In this document: positions 1-8,224 of the stretch, piece after piece
Layout: every line of letters begins with the position of its first letter
Numbering within the stretch: position 1 is the first letter of the stretch
DNA from: Acidimicrobiia bacterium
GTDB taxonomy: Bacteria; Actinomycetota; Acidimicrobiia; Acidimicrobiales; JAHEJN01
NCBI GenBank assembly: GCA_963854565.1
Contig: CAWKZT010000002.1
Location: 1-35,405, forward strand
Reading direction: 5' to 3'
DNA length: 35,405 nucleotides
The notes under the pieces: generated by a model
What the model was told of the DNA's origin: nothing
Seen by the model: only the letters and a program-made list of their open reading frames with translations
Databases searched by the model: none
Program-made: the position numbers and the translations under genes

Positions 1-589
1 GGCGGAGGCGGCTGGATTGGTGGGCGGTCTTGGTCATAAGGTCACCATGCAAGCTTGCGTCAATTTCGGTGATTGGGCCCGCCGGTTCGGCACCACAGCG
101 ATGGTGTTGCGTATCAACTTGTCTGCCGAGCAACTTGCTGATCGGACTATCGTGGACACGGTCAAGCAAGCAATGACCGAAGGACAATTGTTACCTGCGT
201 CGCTGTGTCTGGAAGTTACGGAAACGGCGTTGATGAGTGACTCATCGGCACTTGATCATCTTGAGGCTTTCCAGAGCATGGGGATCCGTATTGCTGTCGA
301 TCATTTCGGCACCGGCTATTCGTCACTCGGTCAGCTCAAACGTTTGCCGGTAGATGTCTTGAAGATCGATCGCAGCTTTGTTGATGGCCTGGGACATTCG
401 GTCGAAGACACGGCCATCGTGCGGGCGATTGTCGACCTTGCTAGGGCTATTGGCCTTGGGGTAGTTGCTGAAGGAATCGAGCACCCCAGGCAAGTAGATG
501 AGTTATTGCGCCTCGGTGTACGCCGAGGTCAGGGCTCGATGTACGGCAAGGCTGTCCCATGGGCACAGTTCGAGTCGGACCATTTGTAA
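1..589 (+). CDS. EAL-domain protein (c-di-GMP phosphodiesterase family), C-terminal part; the 5' end lies outside the window
   Basis: The frame is open to the window edge. It carries the conserved EAL-domain blocks LEVTE, VDHFGTGYSSL, KIDRSFV, VAEGIE and RGQG. The second Asp of the usual DDFGTG is His here. Confidence 0.85.
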   Translation, partial: AEAAGLVGGLGHKVTMQACVNFGDWARRFGTTAMVLRINLSAEQLADRTIVDTVKQAMTEGQLLPASLCLEVTETALMSDSSALDHLEAFQSMGIRIAVDHFGTGYSSLGQLKRLPVDVLKIDRSFVDGLGHSVEDTAIVRAIVDLARAIGLGVVAEGIEHPRQVDELLRLGVRRGQGSMYGKAVPWAQFESDHL

Positions 590-645
590 GAGTAAACCCA
601 ATAGTGATCTACCTAAGGTGTCGTTGAGCTACTAGGTTTTCGCTC

Positions 646-2064
646 GTGACTGACGCATCTGCTATGCCAACCACTATCGCCGAACTGCGGGCTTCGGGAT
701 GGGAGTCCGTGCCGGTACGCGACGAAGTGCGTCGGAATGCTCTTGTGCGCATGCGCGCCAGCGAACCACTATTTAAAGGTGTGCTTGGCTATGAGGACAC
801 GGTGGCTCCGCAGTTGGAGCTAGCGATTCTTGCTGGTCACGATGTGGTGTTTTTGGGCGAGCGGGGTCAAGCCAAGACCCGCATGATTCGTTCGCTAACG
901 GGCTTACTTGATGAGTGGATGCCGATCATCGCGGGTAGTGAGATAAACGACGATCCGTATAACCCCATTTCGGCCTATGCCAAGAACCTTGTGGCCGAAC
1001 ATGGCGAAGACACCAAGGTTTCGTGGGTGAATCGCGACGCCCGCTACGGAGAAAAGTTGGCTACACCTGATACTTCGATTGCCGATCTGATTGGCGAGGT
1101 TGATCCTATAAAGGTGGCCGAGGGCCGGTATCTTTCCGATGAATTGACCATTCATTACGGCATGGTGCCGCGTACTAATCGTGGCATCTTTGCGATCAAC
1201 GAGCTTCCTGATCTGGCCGAACGCATTCAGGTGGGTCTGCTTAATGTGCTCGAAGAACGCGACGTGCAGATTCGTGGCTTCAAGATTCGGCTGCCCATCG
1301 ACGTGATGCTCTTTGCCTCGGCTAACCCCGAGGATTACACCAACCGTGGGCGCATTATCACTCCGCTCAAGGATCGTTTTGGGGCGCAAATTCGCACGCA
1401 CTATCCGCTTGAGGTTGGCATCGAACAAGACATAGCTGAACAAGAGGCCCATGTGCTTGGCGCCGATGGTGTTGAGGTCAAGGTGCCCGATTTTATGGGC
1501 ACGATCATTGCGATGTTTAGCCAGATTGCTCGTCAAAGCGCGCATGTGAACCAGCGCTCGGGGGTGTCGGTGCGCCTGACAGTTGCCAATTACGAGACGT
1601 TGGCAGCCAGTGCATTGCATCGCGCTATTCGCACCGGTCAGTCGGTGGCCGTGCCTCGGGTGTGCGATCTGGACTCATTGGCTTCGTCCACGATGGGCAA
1701 GCTGGAAATCGAGTCGATGGACGAGGGGCGCGACGGCGAGATTGTCAAGATGCTCATCGACACCGCGGTGCTCACTGTGTTTCGTGATGCGGTCGATCCG
1801 GCGGACTACACCGCATTGGTTAGTGCGTTCGACGAAGACCTGGTTGTCGATGCGGGTGACGATGTCAGCCCTGATGCGTACGTGGCCCTCGTTAACAAGG
1901 TGCCCGAGTTGGTCGCCTGTCTCAAGTGGATCGGTATCACTTCTACCGATGCGCCCGGCGAAGTAGCCAGCGGCGTCGAGTTCATCCTCGAAGGCCTACA
2001 TTTGGCCAAGAAGCTCAACAAGGCCAGCCAAGGCAAGAAGTCCGTTTACCAGTCCAAGGGCTAG
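646..2064 (+). CDS. ChlI/MoxR-like AAA+ ATPase (Mg-chelatase subunit I-like)
   Basis: 472-aa ORF with a P-loop-like GERGQAKT, a Walker B-like GIFAINELPD, and MLFASANPEDY...GRIITPLKDRFG typical of ChlI-type AAA+ modules. GTG start at 646; an alternative ATG lies at 664. Confidence 0.8.
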   Translation: MTDASAMPTTIAELRASGWESVPVRDEVRRNALVRMRASEPLFKGVLGYEDTVAPQLELAILAGHDVVFLGERGQAKTRMIRSLTGLLDEWMPIIAGSEINDDPYNPISAYAKNLVAEHGEDTKVSWVNRDARYGEKLATPDTSIADLIGEVDPIKVAEGRYLSDELTIHYGMVPRTNRGIFAINELPDLAERIQVGLLNVLEERDVQIRGFKIRLPIDVMLFASANPEDYTNRGRIITPLKDRFGAQIRTHYPLEVGIEQDIAEQEAHVLGADGVEVKVPDFMGTIIAMFSQIARQSAHVNQRSGVSVRLTVANYETLAASALHRAIRTGQSVAVPRVCDLDSLASSTMGKLEIESMDEGRDGEIVKMLIDTAVLTVFRDAVDPADYTALVSAFDEDLVVDAGDDVSPDAYVALVNKVPELVACLKWIGITSTDAPGEVASGVEFILEGLHLAKKLNKASQGKKSVYQSKG

Positions 2065-3254
2065 CCAGTGATGCGGCGGTTGAGTCTTTCGGCGCTGGGT
2101 TTGGCGTTGCGGTCTCGGCCGATGAGGCCGCGTTGGGTGGTGAAGCCGCGGGTGCCTTCGTAGCCGTCGATGCCGGTGTCATAGAAGTAGCCGACTAGAG
2201 GTACGCCGTCATCGACCGCGTTATCGATTTCCCTCAGTGACTGGTTAAGGAGTTCGTCGCGCCAGTCGTCGTCGTTGGTTGTCACACCGTTGCCGGTGAT
2301 GAGGAGTTTCTTGCCGGGTAGTTCGCTGGCGAGGCGTCGACATGCCACGCCGAGTTCTTCGGGCAGGGGAGCGAGGCCGGTGTCGTCTAGGTCGCCTTCG
2401 ACGGGGTAGGGGGTAAATCCGCCGCTGAGGTTGATGCCGAGTGGGTAGGAATAGCTGAAGCCGATGATGTCGTAGATGTCGACGTATTCGTGGGCTTGGC
2501 GCGGGGCGAGTTCGGGGACGACTAGTTCACCGTCGCGGATGGCACCGATCCAAGTGTCCCAGAAGAGGTGTTCCCACCAGCGGGCCTTGGGTCCAGCGCC
2601 GACGCCGACCGGAAAGATTGGGGGTAGGCCGAACGACGAGATTATTGGTGCTCGGCCTGATCCCAATATTGTCGCAGCCAAACGGTCGGCTTCCATGGCA
2701 TCGCCCACGGCGCCAAGTGCTTGTTCGAGGTCTTTGCGGCCGGGTGGGCGTGAGCCAAGCAGGTAGCCGCGGATAGCCCAACCAATGGGGTCGTCGACAC
2801 CGATCCATCCAGCCACGAGGCCGTCGAAGGCTTCGGCGCAGTGATCGACGTGGCGGGTCCACATTTGGTTGCGAGCGTTGTCGTCGCGGAACCCGCCCAT
2901 GTCGATGTGGAACCAACCGGGCAGTGTCTGTGATTGCAGGGTGACGATGGGTTGGAGTCCAACATGGCGCGCCGCGGCTAGGACGTCGCGGTAGCGATTG
3001 AATTCGTCGCGGTCGATCTTGCCTGGCTCTGGTTCGAGCCGAGACCATTCCAACTCGATGTTGATGTGGGTTAGGCCGAGAGCCGCAAGTTGGCCAAGGT
3101 CATCGCGAAATTCGGTGCCGAACCCGCTGCCTTCGTCGGATCGCGGGGCTTTGCCGTCGCGTTCCCACGCCGACCAATCAGCCGAAGGATGTACACCTTC
3201 GGAGCGAAGCGATGAGGAGGTAACGCCCCACCAGAAATTGTCATCGTCAGCCAT
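2061..3254 (-). CDS. Glycoside hydrolase family 1-like protein, apparently catalytically inactive
   Basis: 397-aa ORF with GH1 blocks FWWGVTSSSLRSEG, ELEWSRLEPEPG, GYLLGSRPPG and VPLVGYFY. The NEP acid/base motif reads DDP (res 154-156) and the ITENG nucleophile motif reads ITGNG (res 319-323). Confidence 0.75.
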   Translation of the reverse strand: MADDDNFWWGVTSSSLRSEGVHPSADWSAWERDGKAPRSDEGSGFGTEFRDDLGQLAALGLTHINIELEWSRLEPEPGKIDRDEFNRYRDVLAAARHVGLQPIVTLQSQTLPGWFHIDMGGFRDDNARNQMWTRHVDHCAEAFDGLVAGWIGVDDPIGWAIRGYLLGSRPPGRKDLEQALGAVGDAMEADRLAATILGSGRAPIISSFGLPPIFPVGVGAGPKARWWEHLFWDTWIGAIRDGELVVPELAPRQAHEYVDIYDIIGFSYSYPLGINLSGGFTPYPVEGDLDDTGLAPLPEELGVACRRLASELPGKKLLITGNGVTTNDDDWRDELLNQSLREIDNAVDDGVPLVGYFYDTGIDGYEGTRGFTTQRGLIGRDRNAKPSAERLNRRITG

Positions 3255-3605
3255 GGAACGAGAACGCTACCGATTCGTTAGTCGGTATGTGGAGGAATGT
3301 CAGCTCGGGTGCGGCGGCGAGTAGATAAAGGTGGGAGTCAAGGCGCTCGATTGCTGGAGCGGGCGTCAATGGCCCGATCTCTCAGGGCATGGAACCGCCG
3401 TCGCCCTGGCAGCCGCTTAAAAATCGGTACGCATTTCATGACCTGGTACCGTTATTGGAATTGTGAGCTGTGCTCGGCGAAGCGCTGACGCCGAAGCCTG
3501 GCTATCACGCATCCGCACGCCGATGAATGGACGAAGGGGAGATGTGCAGCTGATTTGCAGAAGATCTCAGACCCACATTCTCGCTAGGCGAGGCAGCAAC
3601 ATCCG

Positions 3606-4112
3606 GTGACGTGGTTTTCTGCACGAAACATCTCGATGTCGACCGTCCCTGTTGGGCCAGACGAGATTTGGCGAATTCTCACCGACCCATCAGCGCTGGC
3701 CGGCTTGACGCCGCTGGTTCGATCGATTGAAGCGACAGGGTCGCAGTGGCGCTGGAAGCTCAACGGGATCGACGGGCTGGGAGTGAGCGTCGAAGCTGTC
3801 TTCACCGAGCGCATGGAGTTCACAGAAAAGCAGCAGATCATTTTCTCGCACGATCCGCCAGAAGGTGAACGCGAGCGCGCTGCGGTGGAGGGAGTCTACG
3901 ACCTGAAGCCGGCTGGCGAGAGCGCCACGGATCTGCAAGTCGACCTTGAACTCTTCGTCGACCTTCCACTGCCCCGTTTGTCGAGATACGCCGTCGAGCC
4001 CCTGATTCTCTCGACGATGCGTTTGACCGGGCAGCGATTTGCATCGAACTTGTACGAATATCTGGGACTTGATCCCTCCACAGCCACCATCACTGAAGTC
4101 AGACCGCCGTGA
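3606..4112 (+). CDS. SRPBCC (START/polyketide cyclase-dehydrase-like) family protein
   Basis: 168-aa ORF whose N-terminus ...VPVGPDEIWRILTDPSALAGLTPLV... is typical of SRPBCC ligand-binding proteins. GTG start at 3606; an alternative ATG lies at 3636. Confidence 0.65.
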   Translation: MTWFSARNISMSTVPVGPDEIWRILTDPSALAGLTPLVRSIEATGSQWRWKLNGIDGLGVSVEAVFTERMEFTEKQQIIFSHDPPEGERERAAVEGVYDLKPAGESATDLQVDLELFVDLPLPRLSRYAVEPLILSTMRLTGQRFASNLYEYLGLDPSTATITEVRPP

Positions 4113-4180
4113 TGGAGCGACTCGCTAGCAAAGCGCCGATCGGACAGCCATCTAACGGGGTGTGGGGTTAGGATTACACG

Positions 4181-4570
4181 GTGAAGAAGCTCTGGATCCA
4201 TCGTGACATCGAGGCCCCAGGAGAAACCCTTTGGGATCTTTTGACCGACCCTGAACAGTGGCCGAGTTGGGGAACCACAGTGCGTAGCGTCGAAATGAAA
4301 GGCGAACGGATCGAACTGGGCTCCACCGGAACCGTTTCATCGGTTGCTGGGCTGGATCTCAACTTCATTGTCACCGAGTTCGACCCTGGCGTGCGCTGGG
4401 CTTGGAAGGTCGCCGGTATACCAGCAACCGATCACACCGTTGAACGCGTCGAGGACGGCCGGTGCAGAGTCGGGTTTGGTGTTCCGTGGGCGGCGGCTCC
4501 GTATCTGAGCTTGTGTCAGTTGGCGTTGCGTCGACTCGATCGAATCGCTACACAGGAAAGGGCCATGTAA
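4181..4570 (+). CDS. SRPBCC family protein (second copy)
   Basis: 129-aa ORF with IEAPGETLWDLLTDPEQWPSWG typical of the SRPBCC/polyketide_cyc2 family. Its stop TAA overlaps the next ATG (TAATG). Confidence 0.65.
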   Translation: MKKLWIHRDIEAPGETLWDLLTDPEQWPSWGTTVRSVEMKGERIELGSTGTVSSVAGLDLNFIVTEFDPGVRWAWKVAGIPATDHTVERVEDGRCRVGFGVPWAAAPYLSLCQLALRRLDRIATQERAM

Positions 4571-6036
4571 TGAAGGTCGCAGTGATCGGCTCGACGGGTT
4601 ACGTCGGGGGCCGTCTGATACCCGAACTGCTCGCAGCTGGACACGATGTCCGCTGTGTCGCCCGTACCCCAGCCCGACTTATTGGGGTCGACTGGTGGTC
4701 CGAAGTTGAAGTCGTAGCCGCCGATGTATTGGACCAAGACTCGCTCGACGGAGCACTCCACGATATTGACGCTATCTACTACCTGGTGCACGCCATGGGG
4801 CACGCCGGCGATTTCGAAGAGGCCGACCGAATAGGCGCAGAAAACACCCGGATCGCGTCGGAAAAGGCAGGAGTTTCAAGGATTGTCTACCTCGGTGGTT
4901 TGGGAGAGGAAGACCCTGACCGACTCTCCAGCCATCTCGCAAGTAGGCACGAGGTCGGCGAGGTACTCGCTTCAGGAGCGGTGCCCGTTACCGAACTCCG
5001 TGCCGCTGTCATTATCGGCTCTGGTAGTGCCTCATTCGAGATGCTCCGCCACCTCGCTGAAGTGCTCCCCGCGATGATCTGCCCGCGCTGGGTGACGGCG
5101 ACCAAATGTCAACCCATCGCGATCACTGATGTCCTTCATTACCTCGTGGCGGTCCTCGACACGCCAGGTACCACGGGGGAGATCTTCGAGATCGGCGGTC
5201 CCGATGTGTTGACCTACCGCGACATGATGGACCGCTACGCGGCACTTGCCGGCCTGCGACGACGACTCATCATCCCCGTACCGCTCTTGACCCCACGACT
5301 CTCATCCCACTGGGTCAATCTCGTCACCCCGCTGCCTTACGGGCTGGCCCGCCCCCTCGTCGATAGCCTGATCAATGATGTTGTCGTTAGCCCTGAACGC
5401 GACATCCGGCGCATGGTCGACCACGCACCCTTGACACTGGACCGAGCTATCGAACGAGCTCTCGCTGTTGTCGGTGATCTCAAGATCAAGACCAGTTGGA
5501 TGGACAGCGCACCCACGAGCACCCCCGCTTCCCCGATGCCGCAGGATCCCGATTGGGCGGGTGGCACGATCTACGAAAACACCCAAGAGGTCAACACGAC
5601 CGCAAGCCCAGCGGCACTGTTTGCAAGTATCTCGGGTGTTGGTGGCGAGCGCGGGTGGTACGCCGCCAATATTTTGTGGACTTTACGTGGCTGGCTCGAC
5701 AAACTCATCGGTGGTGTCGGCATGCGACGTGGTCGTCGACATCCAGACGAGTTGCGTGTCGGTGATGCTCTCGATTTCTTCCGAGTCGAAGCGTACGAAC
5801 CGTCTTCGTTGCTGCGACTGCGGGCCGAAATGAAGGTGCCTGGCGGTGCTTGGGTCGAATGGCGGGTCATCTCCGAAGATGACGGGCAAACCCGGCTGCG
5901 GCAGCTTGCGCGGTTCACACCACGCGGCGTATCAGGCCGGCTGTACTGGTGGGTTCTTCTGCCCATTCATAAGGTGATCTGGAAACAGTTGGCCGAGCGC
6001 CTGGTGGCTAACGCCGAAAAGCCGGGAGCTGACTAG
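4570..6036 (+). CDS. NAD(P)-binding SDR fused to a DUF2867-like C-terminal domain (YbjT-like)
   Basis: The Rossmann start MKVAVIGSTGYVGGRL sits at the ATG at 4570, which overlaps the upstream stop by 1 nt. The C-terminal ~170 aa (GWYAANILWTLRGWLDKLIGGVGMRRGR...) resemble DUF2867. The longer ORF from 4462 overlaps the previous gene and is unlikely. Confidence 0.75.
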   Translation: MKVAVIGSTGYVGGRLIPELLAAGHDVRCVARTPARLIGVDWWSEVEVVAADVLDQDSLDGALHDIDAIYYLVHAMGHAGDFEEADRIGAENTRIASEKAGVSRIVYLGGLGEEDPDRLSSHLASRHEVGEVLASGAVPVTELRAAVIIGSGSASFEMLRHLAEVLPAMICPRWVTATKCQPIAITDVLHYLVAVLDTPGTTGEIFEIGGPDVLTYRDMMDRYAALAGLRRRLIIPVPLLTPRLSSHWVNLVTPLPYGLARPLVDSLINDVVVSPERDIRRMVDHAPLTLDRAIERALAVVGDLKIKTSWMDSAPTSTPASPMPQDPDWAGGTIYENTQEVNTTASPAALFASISGVGGERGWYAANILWTLRGWLDKLIGGVGMRRGRRHPDELRVGDALDFFRVEAYEPSSLLRLRAEMKVPGGAWVEWRVISEDDGQTRLRQLARFTPRGVSGRLYWWVLLPIHKVIWKQLAERLVANAEKPGAD

Positions 6037-6152
6037 CGGGGACTTGCGGAATATGACCTTTGGCCATAACGCCAGTGGAGTCGGTTGATCACCATTTAGT
6101 TATCTCCAGCGCTGAGACGACCGCGACCGTGTCGAAGCTTCCCCTGCTGATC

Positions 6153-6239
6153 ATGGCTGCGGTGATAGGACTTGCTGTGCTCGTGACCTTCTCACTGGCA
6201 GCACATTTGGATGCGTTCGGAACTAGCGTGACGAGATGA
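6153..6239 (+). CDS. Candidate mini membrane ORF (28 aa from the ATG; up to 54 aa from GTG 6075) overlapping the heliorhodopsin start
   Basis: The frame is open from 6057. The translation ...KLPLLIMAAVIGLAVLVTFSLAAHLDAFGTSVTR contains one ~22-residue hydrophobic segment. Its stop TGA (6237-6239) overlaps the heliorhodopsin ATG (6236) as ATGA. No clear SD. It is too short for the ORF track. Confidence 0.3.
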   Translation: MAAVIGLAVLVTFSLAAHLDAFGTSVTR

Positions 6240-6994
6240 ATTTAGAGATCGGTAATCTTCGCAAACTGAACCTGTTCGCCGGTTGCTTGCATCTTGTTTC
6301 TTTCATCGCAATCCTGCTGCTGTCCAATAGCGCGTCGCTTCCGGTGGTGGCGACCTACCTGACCGAGGCCCCCGGTACGGGCAACTTCTCCGATCCGGTG
6401 AACTTGTTCGACTTGAATATCAGCTACATGGTTGCTGGCTTCATGGGGCTTTCGGCGTTCTTTCACTTCTTTGTGATCTCACCGCCGATCTTCCCGAAGT
6501 ATGCCGAGGGTCTGGGCGAGCACATCAACAAGTACCGGTGGATCGAGTACTCGTTGTCGTCTTCGATCATGATTGTCATCATCTTGCAGTTGAACGGGAC
6601 CGCCGATTACATAGCTCTCCTCGCCATCTTCGGTGTGAACGTCTGCATGATCTTGTTCGGTTGGTTGCAGGAGAGGTACACCACGCCCGGCGACGGCGAC
6701 ATGCTCCCGTTCTGGTTTGGTTGCTTCGCTGGAGTGATCCCTTGGATTGCCACGGCCATCAATGTCATCTCGCCCAAGGGCCCGTCAGGGGCCAGCGCCC
6801 CCGGGTTCGTGTACGGGATCGTGATTTCACTCTTCATCCTTTTCAACAGCTTCGCCATTGTCCAGTGGAAGCAATACCGGGCGAAGGGCAAATGGGCCGA
6901 TTATCTCTATGGTGAGCGCCGGTACATCGTGCTTAGCTTCGTGGCAAAGTCGCTGCTTGCTTGGCAGGTCTTCGCGGGAGCGCTGGCCACCTAA
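6236..6994 (+). CDS. Heliorhodopsin (7-TM retinal-binding protein, inverted topology family)
   Basis: The 252-aa ORF is collinear with HeR-48C12 as I recall it. Shared blocks are LSAFFHFFV, RWIEYSLSSSIMIV, LLAIFGVNVCMILFGWLQERY, LPFWFGCFAGVIPW, PGFVYGIVISLFILFNSFAIVQ and GERRYIVLSFVAKSLLAWQVF. The Schiff-base Lys equivalent is K238 (6947-6949), the counter-ion Glu is E104, and the conserved His are H19 and H77. Confidence 0.93.
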   Translation: MNLEIGNLRKLNLFAGCLHLVSFIAILLLSNSASLPVVATYLTEAPGTGNFSDPVNLFDLNISYMVAGFMGLSAFFHFFVISPPIFPKYAEGLGEHINKYRWIEYSLSSSIMIVIILQLNGTADYIALLAIFGVNVCMILFGWLQERYTTPGDGDMLPFWFGCFAGVIPWIATAINVISPKGPSGASAPGFVYGIVISLFILFNSFAIVQWKQYRAKGKWADYLYGERRYIVLSFVAKSLLAWQVFAGALAT

Positions 6995-7037
6995 AACATC
7001 GACCTCCAAGTCGAAGTCCACCAATCGAATTGGGTCT

Positions 7038-7493
7038 CTACTCGCCAGGTATGGGCCCGGGATTTGGTTGCCGGAACAGTCCGTCCGGGATCGGGGCATC
7101 GCAGCGCACCAAGGCGAGTTGCCAGGCCGGTGAAGCACCGAGTGCCCATCGAAGTGCACTCGTCGCATTCTTGCCGATCCCGCCTGCTCGTCTCCCTGGC
7201 TCGACCTCAAGTTGCATGCAGATGTCGGGGGGAATCGTGGTCAGAGCGGCATCGAAAAGTAGTCGGTAGCCGATTTTGACTGGTGGTTTCAGAGGAGGGT
7301 TACGGAGAAAGGAGATGGCGCTTGCCTGTGCTTTGGTGGCGACCCGATCGGGATGATTGGTGATCCAGTCCTTGAGTTCTTGGGCCGTTTCGGGCCGGTT
7401 GGCCCGTGTGAGAAAAGGCCCGTGATCGCCGACACAACGGGATCCCGCAGTTTGCGACCCAACTTGTTCAGGTTTGACACTGTGGTCCCTCAT
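7038..7493 (-). pseudogene. Possible C-terminal fragment of an MpaB/DUF2236-family oxygenase
   Basis: The 151-aa ORF contains PETAQELKDWI...FLRNPPLKPPVKIGYRLLFDAALTTIPPDI, which resembles only the C-terminal third of DUF2236 proteins. Only 98 nt separate it from the upstream gene, so there is no room for the N-terminal catalytic part. No SD precedes the ATG. Confidence 0.3.
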
Positions 7494-7591
7494 GGCAGGC
7501 GATCGTTGCTTGTAAGAAGTGTACGTTCAGGTCGATTCGCATCGTTGTTTGGGGCCACCGGTCCGTTCGTCAGTCGAAGGAGCACAAGGCG

Positions 7592-8149
7592 TCACCATCC
7601 TGAGGTACCGGGTTCACCCTTGAATGGACCGACAACCTCGCCGGTAATCCATCCTCCGTAGAAGCCACCGGCTTGGGGTCGCACTAGTTCGCCATCCACG
7701 CGGCAATGGATCCGGCCCGGATAGAAGGAGATCCACCCGGCGTAGTCAGCGAACTCGGGGTATGGATCGGGGTAGCGCCAGCCCACAGGTTCGGTGGTCC
7801 CCGCTACCGCTACATATTCGGCCGCACCTTTCCATTCGCAGTGCGATGTTCCGTGCACACTCACTAACCGCCCAGCGGGCACCGATTCGGGTGGTAGGTA
7901 GAAGGCAGGCGGATGTGAGGTCTCCAGCACTCGTGCGGATCGGTTCGTTGACGCCACGAGGCCGTGAGCGTCAGAAACTTCGACCGCTCGACTATCGGGC
8001 ACTACTGCGGGCGGTCTTGGGTAGTCCCATACTGACTCCTGGTCGGGGCCCGGGTCTTGAGCGAACGTCGGGCGTTGTTCGCCCCGGTGGGTCCAGCTAT
8101 CGCGCGCATGTTGAAGCCATGCTGGTTCGTTTTTGGTCACGATCTCCAC
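7592..8149 (-). CDS. DUF427 domain-containing protein
   Basis: 185-aa ORF with VWDYPRPP...SHPPAFYLPPE...TSHCEWKGAAEY...ISFYPGR, characteristic of DUF427. It lies 75 nt downstream of the photolyase on the same strand. Confidence 0.8.
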   Translation of the reverse strand: MEIVTKNEPAWLQHARDSWTHRGEQRPTFAQDPGPDQESVWDYPRPPAVVPDSRAVEVSDAHGLVASTNRSARVLETSHPPAFYLPPESVPAGRLVSVHGTSHCEWKGAAEYVAVAGTTEPVGWRYPDPYPEFADYAGWISFYPGRIHCRVDGELVRPQAGGFYGGWITGEVVGPFKGEPGTSGW

Positions 8150-8224
8150 GCTAGGTGGAAATAGTGGGAGGTGGGTGTCACAAACGGGAGCGCTCTGACT
8201 TTGGCTTTCGACCGTCGTATGCGG

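Noticed and set aside
904-1620. Long antisense ORFs inside well-supported genes (for example 904-1620 -, 11819-12820 -, 14112-14684 -, 27944-29005 -, 23393-23965 -).
   Set aside because: They lie opposite genes with clear family signatures. They have Arg/Gly/Pro/Ser-rich low-complexity translations and no recognisable motifs. They are typical shadow ORFs of GC-rich DNA.
2061-2064. Convergent genes sharing a palindromic CTAG so that both stop codons overlap. This occurs here and again at 31022-31025.
   Set aside because: This is a real but trivial consequence of TAG stops on both strands in a compact genome. No functional implication can be supported.
3457-3475. GGAATTGTGAGCTGTGCTC, resembling a LacI-type operator half-site upstream of the GH1-like gene.
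   Set aside because: Only one half-site is convincing, the dyad (GAGC-TGT-GCTC) is short, and there is no LacI-family gene in the window.
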